From: Prorocentrum cordatum | Taxonomy: Eukaryota | Reading direction: 5' to 3' | Assembly (NCBI GenBank): GCA_963575745.1 | Contig: CAUYUJ010000214.1 | Span: 248,001-312,000, forward strand | Length of the DNA: 64,000 nt | Made by a program: the position numbers and the translations under genes | Shown here: one piece after another, positions 49,180 to 62,550 of the stretch | Position numbering within the stretch: the stretch's first letter is position 1 | Layout: each line of letters starts with the position of its first letter | The notes under the pieces: generated by a model | Told to the model about the DNA's origin: nothing | The model's input: only the letters and a program-made list of their open reading frames with translations | Databases searched by the model: none

Positions 49180-49658
49180 GACACACACACACACACACAC
49201 GCACACGCACACGCACACGCACACGCACACGCACACGCACACGCACACACACACGCACACACACAACAGACAACACACAACACACAACACGCAACACACA
49301 ACACACAACACACAACACGCAACACACACCACACACCACACAACACACAACACACAACACACAACACACACCACACAGCACACAGCACACAGCACACAGC
49401 ACACAGCACACAGCACACAGCACACATTACACAGCACACAACACACAACACACAACACACCACGCACGTATGCACACACACACACACGCACGCACNNNNN
49501 NNNNNNNNNNNNNNNNNNNNNNNNNNNNNNNNNNNNNNNNNNNNNNNNNNNNNNNNNNNNNNNNNNNNNNNNNNNNNNNNNNNNNNNNNNNNNNNCACCC
49601 ACACCCATACACACACAGACACACACACAGACACACACACACACCACACACACACACC
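49180..49658. repeat. (CA)n-derived microsatellite spanning the gap
   Basis: cacacg, cacacaa and cacagca units. Confidence 0.93.
49496..49595. other. Assembly gap (100 N)
   Basis: Run of N; true size and contiguity unknown. Confidence 1.
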
Positions 49659-51622
49659 TAACGGACCACAGCAACATTCAGAGCCTCGGGATACCTCGCG
49701 CGCTTACGGTACAGACCGCGGAATTTGGGACAGACCTCTCACGCTCCTTGCGCTAGTTTGTACCTGGCGTGGCTCGTCCTCACTCCGGAGGATTTACCTA
49801 TGTATGTTTCACCTTTGAAGTTCGCACTACCGCTGATGACAGCTGACGACAGGCATTGTAATTCTGGTGACCATGTTGTTCCTGGTGAAGCCGTGGTGCT
49901 TTTGGCCCAAACATTGGCATCACACATTCTCTGTCTTACTGGCACTGTCCAGCACTACGGCACGCAGCACTCACACCAGCTGTCTGGCAATACGCAACGC
50001 AGACCCCCGCCGACGTCCAGGACAACTACGGACTCGTGTGCCTGCATCATACCTGGTATGAGATCCATAAGGCATGCCTCAGGTAGGGACGCAAAAGGCA
50101 CACGAGACAACATAAGTCAGCACCGACCTCCTACAGCACCACAGCGCTTGCACCACGACCAGCAACACGACAGCACAGTCGACATGCCTCTTACCCCGTC
50201 TGGGAGCCCTACAGGGCAGACCTGGGGGAGAGGCGAAGGCAATACCCCAGGGAACACGTATGCTGGACGAGCCTCTCTTTCGGCATGGCCTTGCCTCTGC
50301 TGTTCGGCTTATTGTGGCTTTGGGTGCTACGGGCGAAGCAACATATATGGGCATCTGCGCTATAGGTACATCATGTTGCACACATGCGTGATACACACTG
50401 GACTTACTTGTCAAGGACAGCCGAGGACACGACTATTACAGTTAGATGCACCAGGCCGTTGTCCCTGTGGGCTCCATGCAACTTGGCATCACGCATTTCT
50501 GTCTGACAAGCACTGTCTAGCACTGCGGTGCGTAGCACACGCTAGCAAGCGATCGCGACAAGTACATGCACCGCAGCGGCACCGCACCTGGCATGGCAGC
50601 CACAAGGCATACCCCAGGTATGGGGCTCAGAAGGTACATCGGCAACCAGTCCTGACAGTGCAGACCCTGGACGAACCGTCTACACAGCTGCACTTTCCCT
50701 CCTTGCACCGTAGCCACCCGGCTCAAACTAGCGACTATTACATTGTTCGCGGTTTTCATTCTACCAGGTGCCATGCTACCACTGCGAGCGCCATGCATGC
50801 CTTCGACGGATGATGAATTCGCCGTACATGTTGATCAGTGGTCCAAGGCAGCGAGGTTCATGCACCTTCCCCCACTGTCCATCCACGTGATGTAGCCCGA
50901 AAAATTGGACGACCAATGTACGAAAGAGAGGAATATACTCATTGAGCAGCAATACCGGCAGTCCACAGAGCAATGCGAAGATGGCGGCACCGACAAATCA
51001 CTTCTATTCGAAACACGGATCAGAAAGCAACTGCAGGAGTTACCACGTTCGGCGACGCCCATAAAGTGCGACCCTGACCCAGCACACATACAACGAGCAC
51101 AAGTGCACCTCAACAGGCAGGACAAGACCAGCGACGCCCTAATCGACACGTGCTACGTGTATATCTCCCGACACTTGGGCTACGAGTGCATGCCAATGCC
51201 AATGCCAGAGGATGGGCGCGCGACAAGAGGGGGACGCATATCACGATTGCATACCTACCAGACATCAGCAGGCAGTACTTCACATTAGTACAGTAACGAC
51301 TCCAGCAAGCTCCCGACGGAGTGACGGAGGGAAGTACCTCTCACGCCAACATCGAGACGCACTGGTCGCAGAGGCCAGCGTGTAGACCATTCTACAGGAG
51401 CGCCGACTACCGATTTGTCCAACAGCCATCCGTTGAGCGCCACTGGCGCACTTCACCCAGGGCGAACTTCGCAGCGATATTGTCAACAACGTGGCGCGAT
51501 TCGGTATGTCTATTTAAACGAAGATGGCGCAGAGAAGTCCCGAGGAGACGCTCTACAAGATCTACTACCAGCAAAGCGACAGGAGGTGCGAGTCGCGCCG
51601 GCGTCGGACCACCCCGCATGGT

Positions 51623-51828
51623 TCGGGGGAGCGTAAGACCCGGGTTTGCCGGGACTCGGGTTCGCCATCGTTTTTTGACGACCGCGACTCGGATTTTGAC
51701 GAGGAGGAGTTTCGTGGGATGTCTGCAGCGGGAGGCCTCGTCAAAATGCAGGCTCGGCCTCGTCATTTTTTTGACGACCTCGTCGGGGATTTCCGAGTCC
51801 CCCGTACCCGGGTCTTACGTCTCCCCGA
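51623..51828. mobile_element. 206-bp MITE of the 38919-39123 family, 5-bp TSD ATGGT
   Basis: Nearly identical internal sequence; atggt on both flanks. Confidence 0.92.
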
Positions 51829-53304
51829 ATGGTCCCGCACACTGTGCCACTTATTTCCGAAACCCATTTTGGTTTTATGCCCCGGCGAGTGCGTCGCCCA
51901 CAACGCGTGCAACTCCATCTATATCCACCCGCAGCCAAACATGGAAATGACCCACCCTGATGCGCCAACCTGAGCACGTAGCGACGACAGACGGGGTCAG
52001 GTTCCCCGCAGGCATCCCAACCGACCAGCCGCATCGCGTATTATTTCGAAGACAGCTCGCAGTGCGTTGCGACGTATAGAACGGGCACTGCGGTCACTTG
52101 GGCGAAGAACGACGCAGATGCTCAGGGCGCAGAAAAATGACGCCACCACTGCGGTGAATACCCAACCTGACCTTCAATAACAAGAAAGCAGAACGGGACA
52201 AATCGAGACCCAACGCCAGCTGCGAGCGCATGCCACCCCCGCCGGCGCACATGCCAATGCCCCCCAGGCAGCCAACAGCACCGCTATATGTGCACCCCAC
52301 GCCTCGCACTGACCCATGGGGAAACATGCCCGGGTTGATCTGCGACGCGCCGGACTCCGACGCCAGCGTAGACAGCGACGGCCCACTGGCCAAGATGAAC
52401 GGAGCGTTGGACACGCATGAGTTTTCTTCCTTACTATAATTCAGCCAAGCAAGTACCGCGACATGCACTGCCCGAGCGGATGGACAGCATACTACCACCA
52501 CGCTAGCGACATCGATGCCGACGGCTGCGACGACGACAGATAGTACTGCGCGGTCTACTACCATGAAAAGACCAACACGTACTCGTGCACATTCCCCAAC
52601 AACGACCGATTTCTACATGGATGGAGTAGATACTTGGACAAGTGCAACACCGAGCTCTACGCGCGCCGGGACGGCGCCCAATGCCTGCCACGCCCACCGC
52701 TTCGACCAGATACGCAATCAACGCCATGTTCGACCTCTGTACTACCACTTGCGACGAAAACCAACCAGCTCAAACTCAGAGACGCCGTCCACGCCGACCA
52801 CTTCCTACTTTTGCCGAAGCCATCCGAACGTGTGGGCCTGCTGAGATGCGGCAGCGACATGAACTCATTCGCAGTCCACTACCGCACTAATGCTATATTC
52901 TGGCTTGCCGTAGTCACAACCAGCCCACATTCCCAGGCGCTAATGGCAGGCGGACGCGCGCCACTAAACCCAGAGCAGATCGCCGCAATGCAAGAAGTGG
53001 CACAATTGCCCTACGCATGTCGCAGCGACGACAGCAAGAATAACGCGACTGGGCAGCCAATGTACACGACGCAGCCGCGCTCTTGCAACAAATCTGCAAT
53101 CCGACGACTGCCCGCAGCATTGCCAGGCCCGCGCCACCGACCGACATCGACAGCGCAAGCGAAGACGACGCACCGACAACGGCAAACACAACAGACGACC
53201 GACCAGCACCAGCAACAGCACTGCCACCAACCAAGATCACCCCACCTACCAGTTAGCCTGGCGAAAGACCCAACCATATGCAGTTGTGAGTAACGCAATT
53301 TTCG

Positions 53305-54040
53305 GCATCGTCTTCGGTGGAGCTCCCGATGGCGCGACGCCACGTCTGAGGGACGTGCCGAAACGGGCGCGGTGGGCGCGTGCGAGCGCGTGTGAGGGGT
53401 GTGCCGGAATCGGCGCGGTAGCGTCATGCGAGCGCAGCCTCTGGGGCCCTCGGTGGAGCTCTCTATCGGGCCATGAAACGTGTGAGGGGTGTGCCGAAAT
53501 GTGCGTGGCGGTGCCGTGCGAGCGCAGCCCCTGGGGCCCGCGGTGGAGCTCCCCATGGGGCCGCGAAGCGTGCGATGAGGTGTGCCGACGTGGGTGCGGC
53601 GGTGCCATGCGAGCGCAGCCACTGGGGTGCTCGGTGCAGCTCCCGATGGGGCCGCGAATCGTGTGACGGGTGAGCTGAAATGGGCGCGGCGGTGCCATGC
53701 GAGCGCAGCAGCTGGGGCCCTCGGTGGAGCTCCCTATGGGGCCACGAAGCGTGTGAGGGGTGTGCCGGCATGGACGCGGCGGTGACGCGCGAGCGCAGCC
53801 ACTTGGGCCCTCGGTGGAGCTCCCTGTGGGGCCGCGAAGCGTGTGAGGGATGCGCTGACATTGGCGCGGCGGTGCCGTGCGAGCGCGGCCTTTGGAGCGC
53901 TCGGTGGAACTCCTTATGGGGCCACGAAGCGTGTGAAGGGTGCCGAAATCGGCGCGGCGGTGCCATGCGAGCGCAGCCGCTTGGGTTCTCGGTGGTGCTC
54001 CTTATGGGTCCACGAAGCGTGTGGGGGGCGTGCCGAAATG
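53305..54040. repeat. Diverged array related to the 89-bp satellite, about 8 units
   Basis: ggggccacgaagcgtgtgaggggtgtgccg...gccatgcgagcgcagcc.ctggggccctcggtggagctccc. Confidence 0.9.
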
Positions 54041-55697
54041 GTTGACTGGCGCGGGTGGAAGGATGGGGAGGGGGGGGGTGGGAGCGGGAGGCAAGGGTGG
54101 GACGCGAGGCGTTGTCTCTTCAAAACGGGGACCGAGCGCCATAGGATGGTTGGAAAACAACAAACGAGCACCTAACTTGTCCCAGCGACCAACCACGACG
54201 CGCACGCCAGCCGACGCAGCCGAGACCGCCAGCAGACCGGCAGAACCGCCCACAATACAGACGACCAAGCCTACACCATCTGCCAAGACAGCACCACCGC
54301 TACCCACCACGCATTTCGCAACACAACAAGCTCCCGCCTTATTCACATTCCCAAACCTCTCGAGCACTCCAGCTGCAGCTTTCCTGACCACCCGACCCAC
54401 GGAAGCGCCCTCACCACCGACGACCAAGAACGCGCCGCCAACCGAGAAGCCACCGCCACCTTCCACATACGTGGTAAAACACACAAGCACACACACCAGT
54501 ACCGAAAACCTACCACATCATCACTAGAACCGCGGCCGCAGACGCGCTCGCTACTCACCGCGCGGAGGCCATCGCAACATGGCCACCTGAAGCAAGAGTC
54601 GCAATGCCAGCGCACCCACCGCCACCAGTGCTCCAGATTCCAATCATATGCCCGCCATGCGAGGAGAGAATGGCACAGAGTTGGCTGCAGGAAGTACCAC
54701 TGCATTCTCTGGCACCTCAAACCTACGCCACAATACAGGCCCATTTCCCAACCCGCGAAAGCCGTGTCCCTGCCGTGCGCGGCATCTACGTGAGACTGGA
54801 TAAGAACTCAACATCGTCGACTACCGCAGAGCCGTCTTCGCACACGACAAGAGCGACCCGAGCTTCCACGCCTACATCGACGCGCTCCGCTCGCATCAGA
54901 CACGTTAAGAGCAGTACCTCGCCAGGCCCCATAACAACTACCAGCCAGAGGTACCCTTGGACGAACCGCCGTGTAAGGCATTGCCACGACTGTGCAAGAA
55001 GCCGCCCAAGCCCAAGCCCAAGCCGCAGACCTACGACTTCGACAACAATTCTATAGCTTAACCGAGACAGCCTACCGCGTGCACGCAGGAGGCGCACAGC
55101 AGGGTACCACGACAGCGACCACAAGTACCACCTGTACCCCGATGACCGTGGGACATGGACCACTGATCTCTTCTCCTCCTCACTGTCGGCAGGTCATCGG
55201 GCCAGCGACAGAGGATGCAGTGGGCATCGCAGGTGCCACTCTCCCTCTCAATGCCCTGCTGGCGTTGACACCCACCTCCATTTTCTGTTTTTCTTTTCCG
55301 CGCGCGTTGCAATGCCGGGGGGGGGGGAGAGGACCATTTGACCATCGCGCACATCAAACTGGCTCTCCTGCTGTCGTCATCGTCCCACTCCACTTACTTC
55401 ACCTACCCCACCCTCTGTTTCAAATTGTCACCTGACATGCTGAGCTAGCTAGCTTGGAACCCCCTCCCCCCGTGGGGCCGTGCCCAACCGGCTGCTGAGG
55501 ACAGCCGATACCCTGTGCATCCCTCGGATGTATAGGGTATCAGCTCTCTTCCTCATCGGTTGCCTGCGGCCCCCGCTCTACTTCCTCTCCCGTCGTTGCT
55601 GCTTGCTGTGCGTTTGCTTGCCGGCCTGCGTGCCGTTCCCTTTCAGCAGCACTTTTTGTGCGAGAATGGCACGCAGACTGGAAAGATACGCGACCCG

Positions 55698-56993
55698 CTC
55701 CATCGCAACGCACTTTGCTTGAGGATCTGTGAGCAGTCTGCCCGCGATGGAAGAACTTCAAGCCTTACTCCTAAGGAGCCAGCACGGTAGCACCGCACTC
55801 CGTATGCAATCACATTGCAGCACCTTTGCATTAGCAGCATTTGTTTTCTGACCTTCAGCTAGCAGCCATGAGCTGCGCCACTATTCCGCAGGCCTCCTCC
55901 ACTCTAGCGTGCCTCGCAAACCATCGGGAGATGCAATCTGCAGGCCTCTCCTCCACTAGTGTACCATCTCGCAAGCATCTTTCTCGCTGCAGGCCTCTCC
56001 TTCCCACGAGCGGTGCCACCTTGCAAGCCTGTTTACACAGTGAGGACACATGTAGTTTTGTTGATGCATAGCTGCGTCATATGACAGGCCGGCCCGCGGG
56101 GCCAGGCTGCTTGCATCTTTGCCTGACAGCGCGCAGCGCAGCCAGCCTCGCCCTGATCTTTTGGAAGGTACAGCGGGCTCGTGCTTAACCCGAGGAAAAC
56201 TGCAAAAAGCACGCCCCCCCCCACAGGTCCAGGTGGTCCGGGGTCAACCCAACAAGTCTGGGTAGCAGTCCAAGAACTGTAAAGGCCTGCAGTCACTCTG
56301 CCCGCTTTATCGCACGCGAGGCTTTTTACTTTGGACCCCCCTGACTTGCAGGGAGCGTCCCCACTTGTTTACTTGCGTTGCCACTCAACTTTGGTAATCT
56401 CTGGACGCCACTTCTTTTTGCATACTCTGCTGCTGCACCACCTTACAACGGCGACACTAACATGCAAGCAGAGCTAATACCTTACGGCCACCCGTACCTT
56501 TCTTGTTGCAGGCCTCTCCTCACTACTTACGGACATCCTTGTTTTTCTGTTGTAGGCCTCTCCTCTACTAGCTGCGCCATCATGCAAGCCTGTAACACCA
56601 CCGGCTATGACAGGCCAGCCCGCAGGGCGAGCCTATACCTATTAGTTTTTTGCCTGACAGCGTGGGTGGTGGGGGGGTGGGAGGACGTTTGTTCACCAGT
56701 CTTGCATGTCGCCCCTTGCAGCAGCGCTTACTTTGCGAGCCGAAGACTTGTTGTGACCAAGGGTAGCAGCCCAAGTATTGCACACAGGCAGGACAGAGCA
56801 CGCTACCTTCTCCATCGCAACACACGCTGCTCGAGGACACGTGAGCAGTCTGCCCACGAGGGAAGAACCTCAAGCCTTACCTTCTTAGGAGCCAGCACGG
56901 TAGCATCACACGTTGACTTCAAGTACACGGTAGCACCTTTGCATCAGCAGCATTGTTTCCTGACCCCTTGGCTAGCAGCCAAGAGCTGCGCCA
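55698..56993. repeat. Direct duplication of ~185 bp (55698-55880 and 56810-56993)
   Basis: Both copies share ctccatcgcaac...gtgagcagtctgccc...ggagccagcacggtagca...gagctgcgccac. Confidence 0.85.
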
Positions 56994-57603
56994 CAGACTG
57001 GCACCGTCTAGTCGGATATGGATTGGGAATTGTTGGGATACTTTACTTATGGGGCGGTCGTGGAGTAGCACTTGACAGCCTGCACCTAGTTGCACAGGCC
57101 AGCTTCCAGGCCAGCCTTGCCCATCCTACCAGCGTACTTGCAAGTATGCTTACTAACTTGTAATCATGACACAACTGATTTCTTTCTTCGCAGAGAAGCT
57201 TGCGCAAACATGACGCTGCATTTACTTACTTGCCGTTCTTGGTACTTGGCACCACTTACCACTATGTTTACGGGGATTTATCATTTTGATCTACTTAGGT
57301 TATGGGGACTTGACACACTAAGGTACGTGCTGTCGTACCTGGCGGACGCCTACCCTTTTTGTCCTATTCTTCCCGCCGCCTTATTTTCCAGTTTTTATCC
57401 GCGGCGCCCGCCAGGTGCTTTGTGCGCCGATTCGGATACGCATTATTTCAAGAACGCTACAGCTGCCCAGCTTGAGTCCGATCAATGTAACAGGAGGAGG
57501 AGGAGGAGGAGGAGGAGGAGGAGGAGGAGGAGGAGGAGGAGGAGGAGGAGGAGGAGGAGGAGGAGGAGGAGGAGCGACGAGGAGGAGGAGGAGGAGGCGG
57601 CGG

Positions 57604-57635
<32 letters not shown>

Positions 57636-60600
57636 CGCGACGTCACGTCTCGAGCGCTCTGGGCAGCAAGAGGCGGAGGAGGAGGAGGAGCCTTTGCTTC
57701 CCCCCTCCGTCCGCCCGACCCGGCCAGGGCCGGGCGTGCCGCCGTGCCGCCAGGGGGGGGGGGGCGCCTGCCCGCCATGGCCGCTCGTGGCGCCGGCAGC
57801 CCGCTGGCCAGCGCGTGCCCGCCGCTCCAGGAGAGAGGGGGCAGGTTGGGGCCAATGTTCGGCGGCGCGCCCGCGGGGGAAGCGAGAAGGGGCGGGCCTT
57901 CTGAGGAGGCTTCCTCCTCCTCCTCCTCCTCCTCCTCCTCCTCCTCCTCCTCCTCCTCGGACGCCTTGCAGACTGCCGAGAAGTTGTCGACGTCTCCACT
58001 CAAAGCGCAGGGAACCTCCCTAAAGACGCAGGAGCATGTCCAGAAGGCCGGAGGGCTTCTGAAAAGCGCGGCCGCCTTTGAGAAGGCCTTCTCCTTCTCA
58101 ATTCCCCCCTCCCTCGCCGCCGAAATTCAAAAAGACAGTTACCGGGTTGGGTCTGTGCGGCTCGGAGAAAGGATCGTATCATCAATATGGTAGCGTATGT
58201 TGAAAATGCTTCTTTCACAGTCGTGCCCTGCATCTTCCCAACCCCTGCCTCCCAACACGAGAGCTGTCATTCGCACGAGTGGGTCCTTTGCAGAGGGGGT
58301 CTCGAACACGTGCGCAACACTTCGCGCCACCGCCCATGCGGGATGCGCACGTCGTGCACCACCGGCACCTGGCTGCCACGCGCCTTGCGACACCACTGCG
58401 ACGGCCTCCCTTGGCCCAGGACCGAGGGGGCGGGCGGGGCAGGGCGGGCCCGCCGGCACGCTGGTCGGGGCCGCCCAGGACGGGGCGTGCTGGCTCACCG
58501 AGCGCGTTCCACTGCTCGCAGAGTGCCGACTCGCAAACGTCCGACAAACCATGCATCTGATTTGGTGTAATCTATCGTAAATCCACTGCGTCGGATCCAG
58601 GCAATCTGCGAGTAGCTGCCCTGCGAGTGGTGGAGCGCGCTCGTCTGATGACTGCTGTCCCGTCCTGGGTTGCCGCAAACTGAGGTTTGGCGACTGTGCC
58701 GCACCAGAACGCCTTGGATGTGGAACCGTGAAGCTGCCCGTTCCTTTTGCGACGGCGCCCTCGGTGAACCATGAAGTGCCTTCCAGGGCTCCTCTCGACT
58801 CCTCCGATTCGGTTCGGCTCGATTTCAATGGCTTCCGATGCCGATTCGGTTCGACTTCTTATTCCGACTTTGGGTTCCGATGTCTTCACGGAGGTCTACT
58901 AGCCTGCAGGTCTCTGCCGATTTTGCTTCTCTCGACTTGGCTGCCGATTTCCGCCGATCCGATTCATGCCGACCGCCGATCCGACTTTGTCGATTCGACT
59001 TTGTCGTGCTGCTCGTCCCCGCTCGGCCCTCGTGAGAGGCGTGTTTTGCTACCTCCCCACCTCTCTGCGAGCTGGCTCTCCGCGATTGCACTGTACACGA
59101 GTCCCACGGCTGGCCGCTCCGAGTGCGCGGCCGCGGCCGCCCCCTGCCTCGGGAGCCAGGGCTGCAACGACCGGGCCGACCAGCAGACAAAACAAAAACA
59201 AAAACAAGAATCGATCCGAGGGTCGAGTGGCTCTTCTGCCCTCGGTGCGCTGTAGAGATTCGGCAGGGAGCTGGCACCGCAGCCGCTCCCCATCGAAACG
59301 CTGCCTTTCGCACTGGTGAGTCTGGCAGTGGCGTCGTCAGCAACTGCTCCACGGAACAAGCCATGCGAAACGCAAAGGAATTAGGAGTCGTGTGTGTGTG
59401 GGAATCGTGGCTGGGCCACGACGTCATACCGGATCTCATGCCCCCCTTCTTCTTTCCATGCGTCTCCTGGCCCCCCCCTCGTCCGCGCACATGCCTCTGG
59501 CCATGGCTTGCGGCCGCCCCTCTTAGACGCCGACCTCGTGGGCGCCCCCTGCTTGAGGGAGCTGCGGTCCGAGGAGGAGGAGGGGGAGGAGAAGGAGGAG
59601 GAGGAGGAAGAGGAGGAGGAGGAGGAGGAGGAGGAGGAGGAGGAGGAGGAGGAGGAGGAGGATCGTCTCGGGGGCACCTTCTCCGATGCGTGGATCTGGC
59701 GCCCGCGCGCCAGATCCGTCGGATCCGTCGTCCAGCGCGCGCCCCCTGCTCTTTTCGGCTGGTTCGTGCCTCGACCAAGAAACACACGACACCTACCCCC
59801 ACCTCTGGCGCGCCGTGCTGGATGTGTGCGACCTTGCCTCGCTGGCCTTCGCGTGGTGCTTCCTGGCCGACGACGACTCCGACGACCGCCGTCCTTCCGC
59901 GTCGACACGGCACGTGCCGTGTCGACGCGGCGGGGTCCCCGGTGCGGGTGTTCAGGGTTTCAGCCGCGAGCGGCCCGGAATCCGCCGACATCGAGCGACC
60001 CTGCGCGGTCGGAACGCCGCGATCGTTTAGAGCTGGACGAGCCCCGCGGCGCAGTGCCCCTGAGGGACCCCCTCGGCTTCGACGCCCCCCCTCTCTCAAG
60101 GGGGCGTGGATTAGCGACGGGGCCCGTTTCCATGGGGCATCGCAGATTTCCGCCGCCGAACGAGGCGGCAGCGGCCGCATTTTGGGGAGGGCACCTCCCC
60201 CGATCCATGGATTGGGTGACCGCGCGCCAAATCCATGGATCGCTAATCCATGTCTGCGCGCCCCCGACTCGCGAGGTCGTCCCCCCGGGCGTCAGGGAGG
60301 CAGCTCCCCCCCACCCGTGGCCGGTCGGCGGTGGCAGAGGAGGGGGAGATGGGGTCCTGAGGTTCGTCTGCTGCGCTCTTGAGGGGCTCCGCCACTCGGC
60401 CACGGAGGAGGAGGAGGAGGAGGAGGAGGAGGAGGGAGGAGGAGGAGGAGGAGGCCCCAAAGAAGCCCCCAACGAGGCACAGAGGATTCTCTGCAGAGTC
60501 CTATCGCTCTCCCTCCCAGCTGGAGCACGAGCGGGCTTCACACTGCACTGCCGTCGAGGTATGTGTGGAGGAGGCAGCGCCGACCCTCGACCTATCCCCC

Positions 60601-60864
60601 TATCCCTCCCTCCTCCTCCTCCTCCTCCTCCTCCTCCTCCTCCCTCCTCCTTCTCCTCCTCCTCCTCCTCCTCTCCTCCTCCTCCCTCCTCCCTCCTCCT
60701 CCTCCTCCTCCTCCTCCTCCTCCTCCTCCTCCTCCTCCTCCTCCACTGCCGATCGCCAGCACAGCCGTTTATCTTTACAGCCCAACGGCAACAGCCGATG
60801 CGCAACAGAGCCGACATCCAGCTGCCGTAGATGGACAAACAAGTGGAACCCTCGACACCGCGCC

Positions 60865-60990
60865 TCCCCCTCCCCCCAATTTCAAAGTTGGCCTCAAGCA
60901 TTTGGCAGCACAGGCGTGAGAGGACAACAAAAGTGGAACCCCCAGGGCCTCCGTGAGGCCGAACCCAACTTTGAAATTGGGGGAGGGGGA
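60865..60990. mobile_element. Small inverted-repeat (MITE-like) element
   Basis: cccccaatttcaaagttgg / ccaactttgaaattggggg, a 19-bp perfect core extendable to ~26 bp. Confidence 0.6.
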
Positions 60991-61272
60991 TGTCTGCATG
61001 TATGTGTATGTATATGTATACGTATACGTATATGTATGTCTGTCTGTCTGTATGCATGTATGGCTGTATGTCTGTATGTCTGTATGTATGTATGCCTGTA
61101 CGTCTGTATGTCTGCATGTCTGTATTTCTGTATGTCTGTATGTCTGTATGTCTGTATGTATGTATATATGTATGTATGTATGTATGTGTGTATGTATGCA
61201 TGCATGTATGTATGTCTGTATGTATGTATGTATATATGCATGTATGCATGCAGGTGTGTATGTATGTATGTA

Positions 61273-61315
<43 letters not shown>

Positions 61316-61750
61316 ATGTATGTATGTATGTATGTATGTATGTATGTATGTATGTATGTATGTATGCAGGTATGTATGCATGTATGCATGCATGCATGTA
61401 TGTATGTATGTATGTATGTATGTATGTATGTATGTATGCACGCATGTATGCATGTATGCATGTATGCATGCATGCATGCAATCATGCATGCATGTGTGTA
61501 TATATATAGGTGTGCTGGTATGTATGCATGCTTGTATGTATGTATGCATGCATGCATGTATGTATGTATGTATGTATGTATGTATGCCGGTCTGCCTGTC
61601 TGTCTGTCTGCAGGTATGTATGTATGCATGTATGCATGTGCGTAGGTATGCCTGTAGGTATGTATGCATGCATGTATGTCTGCGCGTGTTGTTTGGTTGT
61701 TTGTTTGTTTGTTTGTTTGTTTGTTTGCGTGTTTGTTTGTCTGTTTGTTT
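60991..61750. repeat. (TATG/CATG/TCTG)n then (GTTT)n microsatellite
   Basis: Direct inspection. Confidence 0.96.
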
Positions 61751-62054
61751 ATACATGTTGTTGTTCTACGTTATATTGGCATTTAGAGCTAGTTCAGTAG
61801 TTCTCCGCAGGTTCGGCCTCTGAGGATGTCGTTTTTGGCTCCAGCGCCACCAAAGGACGATCCAGGGCGGAACGCCAGCTCTATAGAAGGGGTCGGTAGC
61901 TCAGGCGTCCACGGTTCTGAGACACCATGAGGGGCCCACGAACCTTTAGCACGTCTGCACGTGCGTCTTGTGCCACACCAGGATGCGTATTCCAATGTCA
62001 CGCTGTGCTTTGTGCTGCGTTTCCCTTTCCTGTGTGGCGCTGTGCCGTGTTATG

Positions 62055-62550
62055 CTCCTCCTCCTCCTGCTCCCCTTCTCACTCCTCTTCCTCCTTGTTC
62101 CCCCCTCCCCTTCTTCCCCCCCTCTCCCTGTACCCATTCCTCCTCCTCCTCCTCCTCCTCCTCCTCCTCCTCCTCCTCCTCCTCCTCCTCCTCCCCCTCC
62201 TCCTCATCCTCCTCCTCCTTCTCTCTCTCTCTCTCCTTCCTCCTCTCTCTTCTTCCTCCTCCTCCTTCTCCTTCCTGCTCCCTATGTTTCCACCTCCCTC
62301 CTCCCTCCTGCTCCTTCTGTCCTCCCCCATGTCCCTTCTGCTCCTCTGCATCCCTCCTCTGCTGAGCTGGCCCACGCGACTCGTCGCTCCCGATGCCCTC
62401 CACCGCCAACTTTTTGTGTGTGGTTCTCGTTCGTCTTGGAGGCGAGCGAGGCGCCACGATTTACATCACGCTGAAGCCTTCCTCCTTCTTCATCCCCTTG
62501 CACTCCTCCTCCTCCTCCCCCTCCTCCTCCTCCTCCTCCTCCTCCTCCTC
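62055..62550. repeat. (CCT)n-rich tracts; similar tracts occur at 57490-57600, 59570-59660, 60610-60745 and 63900-64000
   Basis: Direct inspection. Confidence 0.93.

Noticed and set aside
49990..50050. ADVQDNYGLVCLHH as an ankyrin repeat
   Set aside because: Single short match, not conserved in the duplicated copy.
59960..61823. Long YIHT/CMYV ORFs
   Set aside because: Translations of (TATG)n microsatellite.
61833..61844. ttttggctccag resembling the DinoSL 3' half
   Set aside because: Only 12 nt, 5' half absent, no convincing downstream ORF.
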